A DNA stretch of 64,000 nt from Octopus sinensis (lineage: Eukaryota): contig NC_043006.1 of NCBI RefSeq assembly GCF_006345805.1, positions 96,224,001-96,288,000 on the forward strand, given 5' to 3'. The notes under the pieces were generated by a model. The model saw only the letters and a list, made by a program, of their open reading frames with translations. It ran no database searches and was not told where the DNA came from. The translations under genes were made by a program, and so were the position numbers. Of the stretch, positions 52,713-64,000 are shown piece by piece. The first letter of the stretch is position 1. Each line of letters starts with the position of its first letter.

Positions 52713-52760
52713 CCAGTGGACCAGGCTTGTTTCTAGGTGCGTACCCGTCCTCAGTACTGG
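52713..52760 (-). ncRNA. Type-I hammerhead ribozyme motif
   Basis: Minus strand: CCAGUa-CUGAGGA-C-GGGU(ACGC)ACCU-A-GAAAC-AAGCCUG-GUC-cACUGG. Confidence 0.65.
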
Positions 52761-52908
52761 ACGCTTGCTTGCTCGAGATAGCAGCCATTCATTCCTACCT
52801 GCAACATAAATACATGCATGCATGCATACATACGTACGTACATACACACATCCATCCATCCATCCATAAATACATACATACATACATAACATACATACAT
52901 AACATACA

Positions 52909-52939
<31 letters not shown>

Positions 52940-53601
52940 GTATGTGGAATTAATCCTCCATCTACTTAAGCTTTAAAACTTTTTGACAGTTTATTTATTT
53001 AGCCACCGTCTCACAATTAGCTTTCATTACCAACGCAAAGCCGACAATGGACAAATTCGTTGCTGAATTAATTTCAATTTATTTTATTAGCATTCCCTCC
53101 TCCTCCTCTTCTCCCTCATCTATCGCAAAAATTTCCTTGCTCTTCTTTTTCCTATCTTTCTCTCACTCTCCACCTTCTCTCTCTCTCCTTCTCTGTCTAA
53201 CTATTTCTCTAAGTAAATCATAACTAACCCCCACCTTTCTATACCGGCTACACGTCACCTCACTCTCCTCACTCACAAACCCCTACCTTAAAACAATCAA
53301 TTCCTAATTTCTATCGAATTCTGTCTCCATATTTTAATGCATTCACTCATCATTTTCGCTCCCACCAACAGTTACATTGCAACTGTGGCAAAAATATCTC
53401 TATATGAAACTTTAGACTTTTACATATCTTATAACAAATAAACTTTGGTGCTTCCAAGTTTTAGAGAATCCTTAATGGTGGTATATTTCTCCAGGGTCTT
53501 GAAGCTTTATTATGCTGTAGTTATTGCGATGTCCTTATAAAATGGAAACTGAGTTTGAAATACACACGTACATTATATATATATATATATATATATATAT
53601 C

Positions 53602-53998
53602 CTAGCACTATCGCCCGGCGTTGCTCGGGTTTGTAAGGGAAATAACTATATAAGCATTTTTAGAGAGTTATAGCCAAAAAAAATAGCAAAAAAATGCATT
53701 AAAAATGGAAAAAAGTGATGGTAAATTTTTTTTTAAATCGTTGACTCATCGTAGACATTTTTAGAGAGTTACTTCTCTTATATAATAGCGAAAAAAATGC
53801 ATCAAAATGGAAAAAAATTATGGCAAATTATTTTTAAAATCGTAGACTCATCGTAGACGCGTGCTAATACCCAGAAGGGCTCGATATGAATCACGACTAT
53901 AAGATACCCGCTTTTGGTTACACTGCAGCGCAAAATGTGGGAGTAGTTAGGAATCTAAATCGTAGGAGACAAACACACAACTTCACTTTTATATATAA

Positions 53999-54001
<3 letters not shown>
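53602..54001 (-). mobile_element. Non-autonomous Helitron with an internal 100-bp tandem duplication
   Basis: 5' TC at 54001-54000, 3' hairpin cccgagcaacgccggg and CTAG at 53602-53605; duplicated units at about 53655-53755 and 53756-53858. Confidence 0.8.
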
Positions 54002-54055
<54 letters not shown>

Positions 54056-54279
54056 ATATCTTGCATGATACAAATAAGATAATAATTTATTCCCAAACGC
54101 AGGAACGCCGTTAGAACAGCAGAAATACTTGGTAAATCACCCTTACAAAACGGAAAAGATTTGACAACAACCATGAGACTGGAACTCTCATCCCTTGAAG
54201 ACTCTCGCCAAGTGCTTTACCATTAAGCTAAACTGCCCACTGACAAATTATGTGTGTATGTATACCTCTTATATCTTAT

Positions 54280-54672
54280 TTATTTCAGTCGTTAGACTGT
54301 GTCCATGCTGGAGCATCGTCTTGAGGAGTTTTTTAATCGAACGAATCGACCCCTTACATGTTTTATATTTTTAACACGGCAAATATTCTATCGGTGTCCT
54401 TTGCCAAGCTGCTAGATTACGATGACGTAAACAAATCTACACCGGTTTCTAGCGGCGATGGGGAAAAACGTAAATACAAAATCACACATAGATAGATAGA
54501 TACGACGAAATACGATGAGCTTCTTTCAGTTTCCGTCTACCAAATCCACTCCCCAGACTTTAGTCTCCCCGAGGCTCCGGTAGAAGACACTTGCCTAAGA
54601 TGCCATGCTGTGGGACTGAACACTTAACCATGTGGTTGGGAAGCAAATGCCTAACCACAAAGTCACACCTTC
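54280..54672 (-). mobile_element. Family-A SINE (degenerate)
   Basis: Reverse-complement copy. Confidence 0.8.
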
Positions 54673-55457
54673 ACCTTTCCCGAACTTTAAAATACTTTCC
54701 ACTATTTTTTGACTTCCTCCAATCATTACATTTAATTATTGTTCTGTTGCAGCATATTTGACAAAAACAAACATTTTCATCTCTTTACAACGACTAAATT
54801 AAACAATTACTAAGCGTTACGGGACACTTAGCGGGGTCTGGTTTTTTTAATGATTTTGTTGTATCCTCGTAAATTCAGATGGAAATCATAAAATGTCCGC
54901 TCCGCTTTCAGTCTAAATATGTCACAGCGGTATCTGTATCTATGAAGGCGACAGTTTGTGCGCTAAAATTTGCACGCGTATCAATTATAGCTCTCTAGAG
55001 ATTTATCAGAATAAGACGTATAATTTCATTTGAAGGTAGAACTCTCTCGTTAACATGTATAGCGAGTAAATCGATGATAACAATAGGTTGTCTTGTAAAA
55101 ATCGTAGCATAATAGATTTGGCTGAACAGACTTAAGCTAATACTAAGAAATAAGGTGTAACAAGTGAAGTGAAACGCCACGCTCTGGGCGGTTGCCCCGA
55201 TAACGGTGACCCTCCCAATATACGCAGTTGTGCGCATGCGTGTATACGAGTGTGTCTGTGTGAACACAAAACAAGTAGACAACCACCATCATTGAAAATA
55301 GAGGATTAAAATTTATCAAATGGTGCAAGAGTGTAGCGCTTACATTCAAACTCCGGGCTTTTTCCATAACGGGGATCGAAAAGTCAAATTCGATATGACG
55401 GGAAATTTCACTTTCTGAATCGGAATATTCCATGCTCATCTATCACACACGCGCGCA

Positions 55458-55497
<40 letters not shown>

Positions 55498-55611
55498 CAG
55501 ACATACAAACATACATACATGCATATGTGTGGGTGGATATATATATACTTGGATATATATACGCATGTGTACATATTTGTTTGTGTGTGTATATATGTGT
55601 ATATATATTTC

Positions 55612-55835
55612 TTTACTGCCCACAAGGGGCTAAACATAGAGGGGACAAACAAGGACAGACAAAGGGATTAAGTCGATTACATCGACCCCAGTGCGTAACT
55701 GCTACTTTATTTATCGACCCCGAAAGGATGAAAGGCAAAGTCGACCTCGGCGGAATTTGAACTCAGAACGTAACGGCAGACGGAATACGGCTACGCATTT
55801 CGCCCGGCGTGCTAACGTTTCTGCCAGCTCACCTC
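55612..55835 (-). mobile_element. Family-B SINE (well-preserved)
   Basis: Reverse complement of 4594-4830. Confidence 0.9.
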
Positions 55836-55866
55836 CTTTATATATGTGTATATATATGTGTATATA

Positions 55867-55897
<31 letters not shown>

Positions 55898-56630
55898 TTG
55901 TGAATACGAGTGTGTGTGTGCATTGGCAAGTCTTGTCCAAATAATACTATTATTCATCATGTATGCTGACGTAGAAAAAAGCGAATCTTATTTATTATTA
56001 ATTATTTATCAATTTTTGTTTATTTCCCTTTAAAAGCAGATTTCACCAAACCTGAAAAGTCTCTTATATAAATACGATGTCACACCAGTTATCTTGAAGT
56101 TAATAAACTCCTTTACAAACGCGCGTCCTATCGGAAATCTAAACGTAAGTCGCCATTTTCTTGAATTTCTTTGCGTTTGTTTTCCATTTCTTTTTCCCTT
56201 TTCTTTTTTTTTGTTTTTGTTATTTTTTGGTTCTATCAAGATGTTATTATTTTTGTCTTCTTCCCTTTACCTAACAAACTGTAGAATCTCGTTGGTGTAA
56301 AGGATTATGTTTATGCTTAGTGCTACTCTTCGTTGGTGTCTAGATATGCTTGGATATGTGGACGTGTGTATGCACATTTGTATGCGGATGTGTGAGTATA
56401 TGTATGACGTCGGACATGTGAAAAACTGTTTTATCTTTTTAGTCCAATAAGGAAATAAAACCGTTCGTATATTCAATATATGCACACACACACACACACG
56501 TATGCATAATTGTGTACATATATGAGTGTATATGTGCATGTGTGTGTATGAGTGCATACATACAAATATACGTGTACATATTTATATATACATACAAATA
56601 AACATAGGTGTGTATATATATGTGTGTGTG

Positions 56631-56669
<39 letters not shown>

Positions 56670-56683
56670 TGTATATATATATG

Positions 56684-56716
<33 letters not shown>

Positions 56717-56938
56717 ATAATATATATATATAAACACACACACAAACACTCAGCTCGGTACACACAAATAAAAATAAAACTATAAAACTGTGTGAATGTG
56801 TATTGCCCCAGCATGACCCCACTCTAATGAATGGAGCCAGTGTAATGCTAAGACAAAAATGCAAACAATACATACACAAACACATTTGATATATACACAG
56901 AGGGATATAAAATATATATTTATACACTCATATATATA

Positions 56939-56969
<31 letters not shown>

Positions 56970-57019
56970 CATATATATATGCATATACATATACATGTAT
57001 GTATATATATATATTATAT

Positions 57020-57051
<32 letters not shown>

Positions 57052-57837
57052 CATACATATATGTATATGTATGAATGTATGAATGTATGAATGTATGCAT
57101 GTATGTATGTATACACACACATACGAGGTAAGAACGTAGAAGCGGTCCTTAGTCTGTGTTGTAATATTTATTTCAATAAAATATATTTCGGTTAATAGAA
57201 GAAGAAAGAAAAAAATATCTTTAAAATGGTAAACATAAATTAATTGTATGGTAATCAATAGATAGCACGTGAAAAGTGAGGAAGATGATAAGAAGAACAA
57301 TAAGAATATAAGCAAATCAATAGAGACAAGGAGGAGGAGGAGGATGGCGGAGGCGCCAATGACAAAACGTCAAACTACCGTGAAATAAGAACAACGTTGA
57401 AAGACAAGTGCTGAAACACACACGCCCATACACCTACATACATACATACACACACGTATGCTTACAGGCAAATAGATGTGTGCATATATGTGTACGTGTG
57501 TATATATACATATATATATGCATGTATGTATATATATATATATATGTGTGTGTGTGTATGCATTCATTTATATATATGTATGTATATTTGCATATATATG
57601 CATATATATGTATATATATATAGATTAAGGTATGTACATATTATATATATGTGTGTGTCTTTTGTATATATTATATGTGTGTGCGTGTGCGTGCGTGTCT
57701 GTGTGTTTACACAAATACTTCTATAATGTAATAATGTATAGACGCTTATATGCATTTATGTATGTATATATATGTGTATGCATGTGCGTGTGTGTATGCG
57801 TGTATTTATATTTATGTATATATGTATATATACGTGC

Positions 57838-57882
<45 letters not shown>

Positions 57883-57892
57883 TGTGTGTGTG

Positions 57893-57955
<63 letters not shown>

Positions 57956-57956
57956 C

Positions 57957-58065
<109 letters not shown>

Positions 58066-58995
58066 TATATGTATATATATATGCACAAATATGGATATAT
58101 ACGTGCATAGGTTTATATATGCAAATGTGCATCTATGCTCACATATATTAATATATATATTGTATGAATATATATTAACTTATATAGATGGACATGTATG
58201 CGTGAGTGCGTGCGTGTGCATGTGTGCATGTATGCGTGCGTGTGTGTATGTGTGTGCATTGAATAATTTTACACACTCTCAAATATATATAAAAATGTAA
58301 GAAGAAAAATTAATAAAAGAAAATTGAAAACGAAAATAATTCTTGAGCAAAATTAATAGAAATATATAAGAAAAACAATAAAACATACTGTAAAACATAG
58401 AATCAAAAACCAAGAACGAAAACAAGAAATAAACCAAAGTGTTGATTAGGTAAAGTTAAATGAAATATTCATAAAGTTAATAAGAAAAATTATCAATTTT
58501 CTTATTAAAGAATTGAAGGTATTAAACGCGGCATTGAAAGCAAATTTATTAAATACGATTGCACAGCAAAATATTTTATGAAGTCCAGGAGAGAAGAAGA
58601 TCTACAGAGAAATAATAAAAGTATGAAAAGCTCTCTATAGTGAACGAATAATGGGATAATGGAATGAATGAATGATATAAAGGAATGGTAAAAGATGAAC
58701 TGTGTAAGTGAATTAGTAGAGATCTCAAAGGAAAATATTTTTAGAGAATGATTTCTAAACGCTACAACTGTGTAATACGTACGATTGGAGAGTTGTAAAG
58801 TATTTCTAAAATTTTAATTCGATCTGAGCCTTCAAGACTGTTCGATTGTTGTACGGTCTGAGCAGGGAAACTTACCGTTGGTCTCGTTTCGATCCTGCGT
58901 TTCTTAAAGGATATTTATCTCTCGCTGGATGGAATCCGTTTTTATTGATCCTATCAACAATGGAACAGTACACTAGAGACACACGCACACATATG

Positions 58996-59101
<106 letters not shown>

Positions 59102-59117
59102 GTAGTATGCATGTATG

Positions 59118-59150
<33 letters not shown>

Positions 59151-59458
59151 GCTCTCAACGTCAAAATTTGGCAAAATTTCTTTCAGGTTCTTCCAGATAT
59201 ATATTACTGCATACCTCTCCTATATACATATATCATATAACTTGATTTAAGAAGAGACAAAATTTATATAATCATCTTTTCTTATGATCTACATCAAGTA
59301 GTATAATGTCTAGCGTCTCGGGTTCGAACTGAGCACTTTCAACCAATTCTTTTCGAAAGAAAAAGCAATATATTTATATAACTGTCGGAACTTTATGCGT
59401 GTTCTCTGACGTGGGGAAGTCTTGCATTTGGTTCCGTTTATTATGTGTCCCGCAACGA

Positions 59459-59524
59459 CTTCATTGAAGAGCTACAGATTAGTCACTTTAGTGATCGTTG
59501 ATAGCGAAATCTTAAGGCATGGAG
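59459..59524 (+). ncRNA. Decayed hammerhead motif (C3U, U16.1C)
   Basis: CUUCA-UUGAAGA-GCUA...UAGC-GAAAU-CUUAAG-GCA-UGGAG; helices I and II are intact. Confidence 0.5.
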
Positions 59525-59676
59525 ATAGTTGCCCTATTTTGTCTCCTTTCATTTGTCTTGCTCGCATACATTCTGGCGTTTGCTAAAATGTTTGAAAAAT
59601 TACTCTTTGTGATAAGGCGATTTGGCATCTTTTCCTAGCATATTGGGAATCCACGTTGGTGCCTGTTACTCTTATA

Positions 59677-59739
<63 letters not shown>

Positions 59740-59889
59740 GTATGTATTTCTGCATGTATCTACGTAACCATGTATATGCATCTATCTAAAGACAGATTCT
59801 ATCATTTATATAAATATATAGCTAGCTAGCTAGATAGATAGATAGATAGGTAGGTAGGCGCGTGTGTGTGTATGTGTCAGTCTTACTAG

Positions 59890-60172
59890 CAAGGTGATCC
59901 ATTGATCCGATCAAGGGAAACTGGAACCCTCATCATAGGATCAACGGAACAGTACTGGCTGAGTACTCCGGGAACACGTAGACACTTAAGCGTAGCTTCC
60001 AGTATGACATAGAATGTGACAAGCGTGGCCCTTCGAAATACAGGAGCTACTGAATTGATCAGAGCACGGGGAAATAAAGTGTCTTGCACAAGGACACAAC
60101 GCGCCGCCGGAAATCGAACTCATGATCTTACAACTTTAAGCTGAATACCCTAACTTCTAAGACACGCGCCGT
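59890..60172 (-). mobile_element. Family-C SINE (degenerate)
   Basis: aaataaagtgtcttgcacaaggacacaacgcg...gaaatcgaactc matches 32155-32215. Confidence 0.8.
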
Positions 60173-60569
60173 CAAATTTATTTATACATACAGGGTACTA
60201 CAGAATGAAACAGAACTCGTCACCATGTGAGGGGGAAGCACGCATCCTTAAAATAGTCGCGTCTAAAATAAAGTAAGATGAATTGTTATGGATGTGTACT
60301 GCGACTTCAGTGCTTAGAATGCCACTGAAATTCTATATACCGTTGATAGTGAGATTTTGTTGCTCTGCCGCTAAGGGACGTCTGCCACTGAAGAGACAGG
60401 GGAGATCGAAATCCCGTGAACTGTTTGTTTCAATTTACTATTGCTTTCATTCATATGTAGTAAGAAAAAATATCTCGGATATAAACATGTTTGACGAGGC
60501 AAGGTTTGTAAAGGGAGAGCCAGTGTTCAATTGTAGGTATCTTTTTTAATATTTTATCCTTTTGTTGTT

Positions 60570-60783
60570 ACAGTCACGAGAATGCGGCCAAGCTGGGGCA
60601 CCACCTTAAACAATTTTAGTTGAACGAATCGACCTAGAACTTATTTATTTAAATAACTGGTATTTATTCCGTCCATTCTTTTAGCCGAAACGCTAAGTTA
60701 TGGGACGGAAACACACATACATCGCTTGTTGAGCGGTCATGGAGTAGAAACACTGACACAACGACCCACACATACACACATAT

Positions 60784-60817
<34 letters not shown>

Positions 60818-61000
60818 GTACGTACGTATGTGAGTGTGTGTGTGCACGTGTGCGTGTGTATGTGTGTATAGATAGACGGGCTTCTTTTAGTTTCCGTCTA
60901 CCAGATCCAATCACAAGGCTTCGGTCTGCCTGAGACTATAGTAGAAGATACTTTCCCAAGGCGCCGCACAATGAGACTGAACCCGGGACCACACAGCCAC
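60570..61000 (-). mobile_element. Family-A SINE (degenerate)
   Basis: Reverse-complement copy. Confidence 0.8.
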
Positions 61001-61479
61001 GTTTGCGCGTATATGGTCAGTTATTTGACCAGTCTTCCAGTATCCAATTACAAGAATGTCAAGCAAGTGAAGATTTAGCAAAGGAATGGAAGTAGCGGGA
61101 ATGAATATAGACTGGGTGGACGCTGTAAGTGTTTGGGAGGATGTCATGGAATTCCAGTAGAATATGAACCAAAGGAATGGGGAAATCACAAGAGGAAATG
61201 AGAAAATAATGGAAATAAAGTGGAGAGCCATTGGTGTAGACGTGGCCGGGAGGTTAACTAGTTTACTTTGCAGCTCCGTGTCTTTGAGTTCAGGTCCACT
61301 GTGTGGAACCTTGCGCAAGTGCTCAATAGCTCTACAATAGCTCAATAACTCTAAGGATACACACCAGATTTCAAGAATTACTACTCGGCTCAATGTGCTC
61401 AACTAAACCTTTCAAGACGGTGCCCCAGTATGGCCGCAGTCGGTCTTAAGTTGGCCTTCAATTTCTTTCTATCACGTCT

Positions 61480-62013
61480 ATTATCGTCATCATCGTTAAC
61501 ATCGTCATCGACACCATCTTCATGATCGTCGTCACCGTCATCGTCATAAACATTATCATTACCATCATCATTATCATAATCATCATCAACATGATCGATA
61601 TTATCATCATAATCATCATCGTTGTTGTCGTCGACGTCGTCATCTTCATCATCATCATCTTCATCAACGTCATCAGCATCAGTATCACAATCATCGTCAT
61701 CATTTTCATCATCGTCGTCACCGTCATCATCATAATCATCATCATTACCATCATCATCATCACTGTTGTCGCAATCAACATGATCGATATCATCATCATA
61801 ATCTTCATCATCTTCATCATCATCATCATCATCATCATCATCGTAGTCTTCATCATCGTCGTCGTCGTCATCATTATCATCCTCATCACCATCGTCATCA
61901 TCATCATCATCATCATTAACATCATCACCGTCACTATCACCGTCATCATCATAATATTCATGACCCTCATGATCGATATCATAATCGTTGTCGTGATCAA
62001 CATCATCATCATC

Positions 62014-62063
<50 letters not shown>

Positions 62064-62130
62064 TATCATCGTGGTGGTGGTGGTCGTCATCATCATTATC
62101 ATAGTCATCATCATCATCATCGTCATCAAC
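61480..62130. repeat. Cryptic (CAT/CGT)n trinucleotide array with about 189-bp higher-order period
   Basis: atgatcgata at 61591, 61780 and 61969; gtcaccgtca at 61531 and 61717; attacc at 61558 and 61744. Confidence 0.85.
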
Positions 62131-62534
62131 AGGAGCAGCAGCAGTAACACCATCTATAGTCATTCAGACATACTGCGCTGTTACTATTGAAAACGTATCA
62201 TACTGAATAGGAGCTTAATGCTAAAAATATTTTCCAATAAAAAACTTCATATGTAACGCTTAAATCTGATAAAATAGGAAGGAACGAAGGATTAGGTGGA
62301 AGTAGGTAAATAAATATATCGATATTTGTAAATTTCCTGATTATTTGTGTTAATGACTTCACTGTCAGCATCATCAGCATTATCGTCATCATCATCAGCA
62401 TCATCGTTGTCGTCGTCGTCGTTGTCATCGCCATCTGGTGAAGAGGGTTGAATCATTAGGACCGAAATAATTGCTGGATTTTATTTATTTGAAACAGATT
62501 AATGACTTCATTATACTTAAAGGATAAAGCTTAA

Positions 62535-62740
62535 CGACAAGGATCATCATCATCATTATCATCATCATCATCCTCATCATCATCATTATCATTATCATCA
62601 TTCTTATCATCATCATCATCATCATCATCATTATTATCATCATCATCATCATTCTTATCATCACCACTATCATCATCATCATCATCGTCGTCGTCGTTAT
62701 CATTATTATCAGCAGTATCTTCGCAGTCGTCATCATTAAT
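62535..62740. repeat. (CAT)n microsatellite
   Basis: Direct reading. Confidence 0.95.
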
Positions 62741-63074
62741 TTTTCTTTTTATGATGTTTCCATTCTAGATACAAGGCCAGAAAATTTTGTTGTATAGACC
62801 CCAGAGGATGAAAAGCAAAGGTGAATTCGGCGGAATTTGAACTCAGACTTCAGTGAACGCGAAGAAATGCTACAGTCCTCCTGACAATTCTAACAATCGA
62901 CCATCTATTCTCATAGAAATATTTCTAATTTCGACACAGGATCGCAATTAGCGCGAGCGGAGGGTTTAGTCGCAAATATAGAGCCCATTATCTGACTGGT
63001 ACTTTCCTTAAGCAGCCACGGACGATGAAAGACAGTTGATCAGTATGAGATTTGCAATCTTGTTGTAGAAAGGC

Positions 63075-63250
63075 GCAGGAGTGGCTGTGTGGTAAGAAGA
63101 TTGCTTCCCAGCCACATGGTTCCGGGTTTAATCCCACTGCATGGCACCTTGGGCAAATGTGTTCTACCATAGCCTCGGGCCGACCAAAGCCTTGTGAGTG
63201 GATTTGGTAGACGAAAACTGAAAGCAGCCTGTCGCATATTCATATGTATG

Positions 63251-63281
<31 letters not shown>

Positions 63282-63440
63282 ATGTGTTTGTCCCCAACCA
63301 TTGTTTGACAATCGATATCAGTGTGTTTACGTCACCTTAACTTAGAATAAGTACTAGGCATACAAAGAATGGGTCTTGGGGTCGATTTGTTCGACTATAA
63401 GCGGTGCTCCAGCATGACCGCAGTCAAATGAATGAAACAA
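63075..63440 (+). mobile_element. Family-A SINE
   Basis: gcaggagtggctgtgtggtaag head through the tail. Confidence 0.88.
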
Positions 63441-63519
63441 CTAACAGTAAAAAAAAAAAAACTGAGAAAACAGCGCAAAGCATTGGTGGCGGGGGACATT
63501 CATTCCTTCGCCTTCATTT

Positions 63520-63732
63520 GGTTTCAGATTTTGGTAGAAGGCCAGAAATTCTGCAGGAGAGGGTAAGTTGATTACATCGAAGCCAATGTTCAACTGGTAC
63601 TTATTTTATCGACCCCGAAAGAATGAAATGCAAAGTCAAGCTGGAGGAATTTGAACTCAGAACGTAAAGACGAGCGATATGCCGCTAAGCATATTGTCCG
63701 GCGTGTTAACGATTTTACCACATCGCCACCTC
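63520..63732 (-). mobile_element. Family-B SINE
   Basis: Reverse-complement copy. Confidence 0.8.
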
Positions 63733-63899
63733 AGTATTCTGCTTTTATTAAACAATCGTTTCCGATTGATGTAGAAAGGAACAAATCTAGTGGGAGGGTG
63801 GAAATCGATTAAATGTACCCTAGTATTTGTCTGTGTCGATTTTTTTTGTTTCGACCCCGAAATTTGGTCAACTGGAAGGTTTGAACATTATTTACATAA

Positions 63900-64000
63900 T
63901 TTACATTATTAACATTTGACGGATATTTGTCCTCATCTTCTTTGTTGTTAACTTTCGACTGATATACCCTCCAGCTCTCATCAGGTGGCTTGGGGAAATT
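63900..64000 (-). mobile_element. pLTR-like repeat with hammerhead remnant (core 63978-63984)
   Basis: Minus strand: CUGAUGA-GA(g)CUG...CAGUC-GAAAG; helix III and helix I partner are disrupted. Confidence 0.45.

Noticed and set aside
60384-60420. CUGAAGA...GAAAU hammerhead-like string
   Set aside because: Triplet would be GUG, helix I is absent and helix II is only 2 bp.
61399-62163. 254-aa Asp-rich ORF as an Aspein-like CDS
   Set aside because: Overlapping Met- and Ile-rich frames are equally open and the C-terminus is SINE-derived. Kept only as a repeat-structure finding.

Overview
This is AT-rich, microsatellite-dense eukaryotic non-coding DNA. The repeat content (three tRNA-derived SINE families, Penelope-like elements, Tx1/RTE/HERO LINEs, mariners, Helitrons) looks like an octopus or other coleoid cephalopod genome; that assignment is an inference. 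No intact host protein-coding gene can be supported. Almost all ORFs in the track are artefacts of (TA)n/(CA)n/(GATA)n/(CAT)n repeats, and there is a 100-N assembly gap at 6951-7050. Recognisable elements: a degenerate Penelope-like element (RT + GIY-YIG, about 15.6-19.05 kb, minus); a full-length but frameshifted Tx1/L1-clade LINE (41.1-47.07 kb, minus) plus two truncated relatives, all abutting (GATA)n; a complete decayed mariner (35393-36683) and a mariner 3' fragment; RTE, HERO and CR1/L2-like LINE fragments; two non-autonomous Helitrons; a piggyBac-like MITE; about 30 SINE copies. The two most striking observations are (1) about 15 type-I hammerhead-ribozyme-like motifs, seven with a complete CUGANGA...GAAA...NUH core, five of which carry a non-Watson-Crick 10.1-11.1 pair, and (2) apparent (GATA)n target specificity of the Tx1 family. 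Several long palindromes and inverted duplications are also present. All structures were folded by eye and none were computed.
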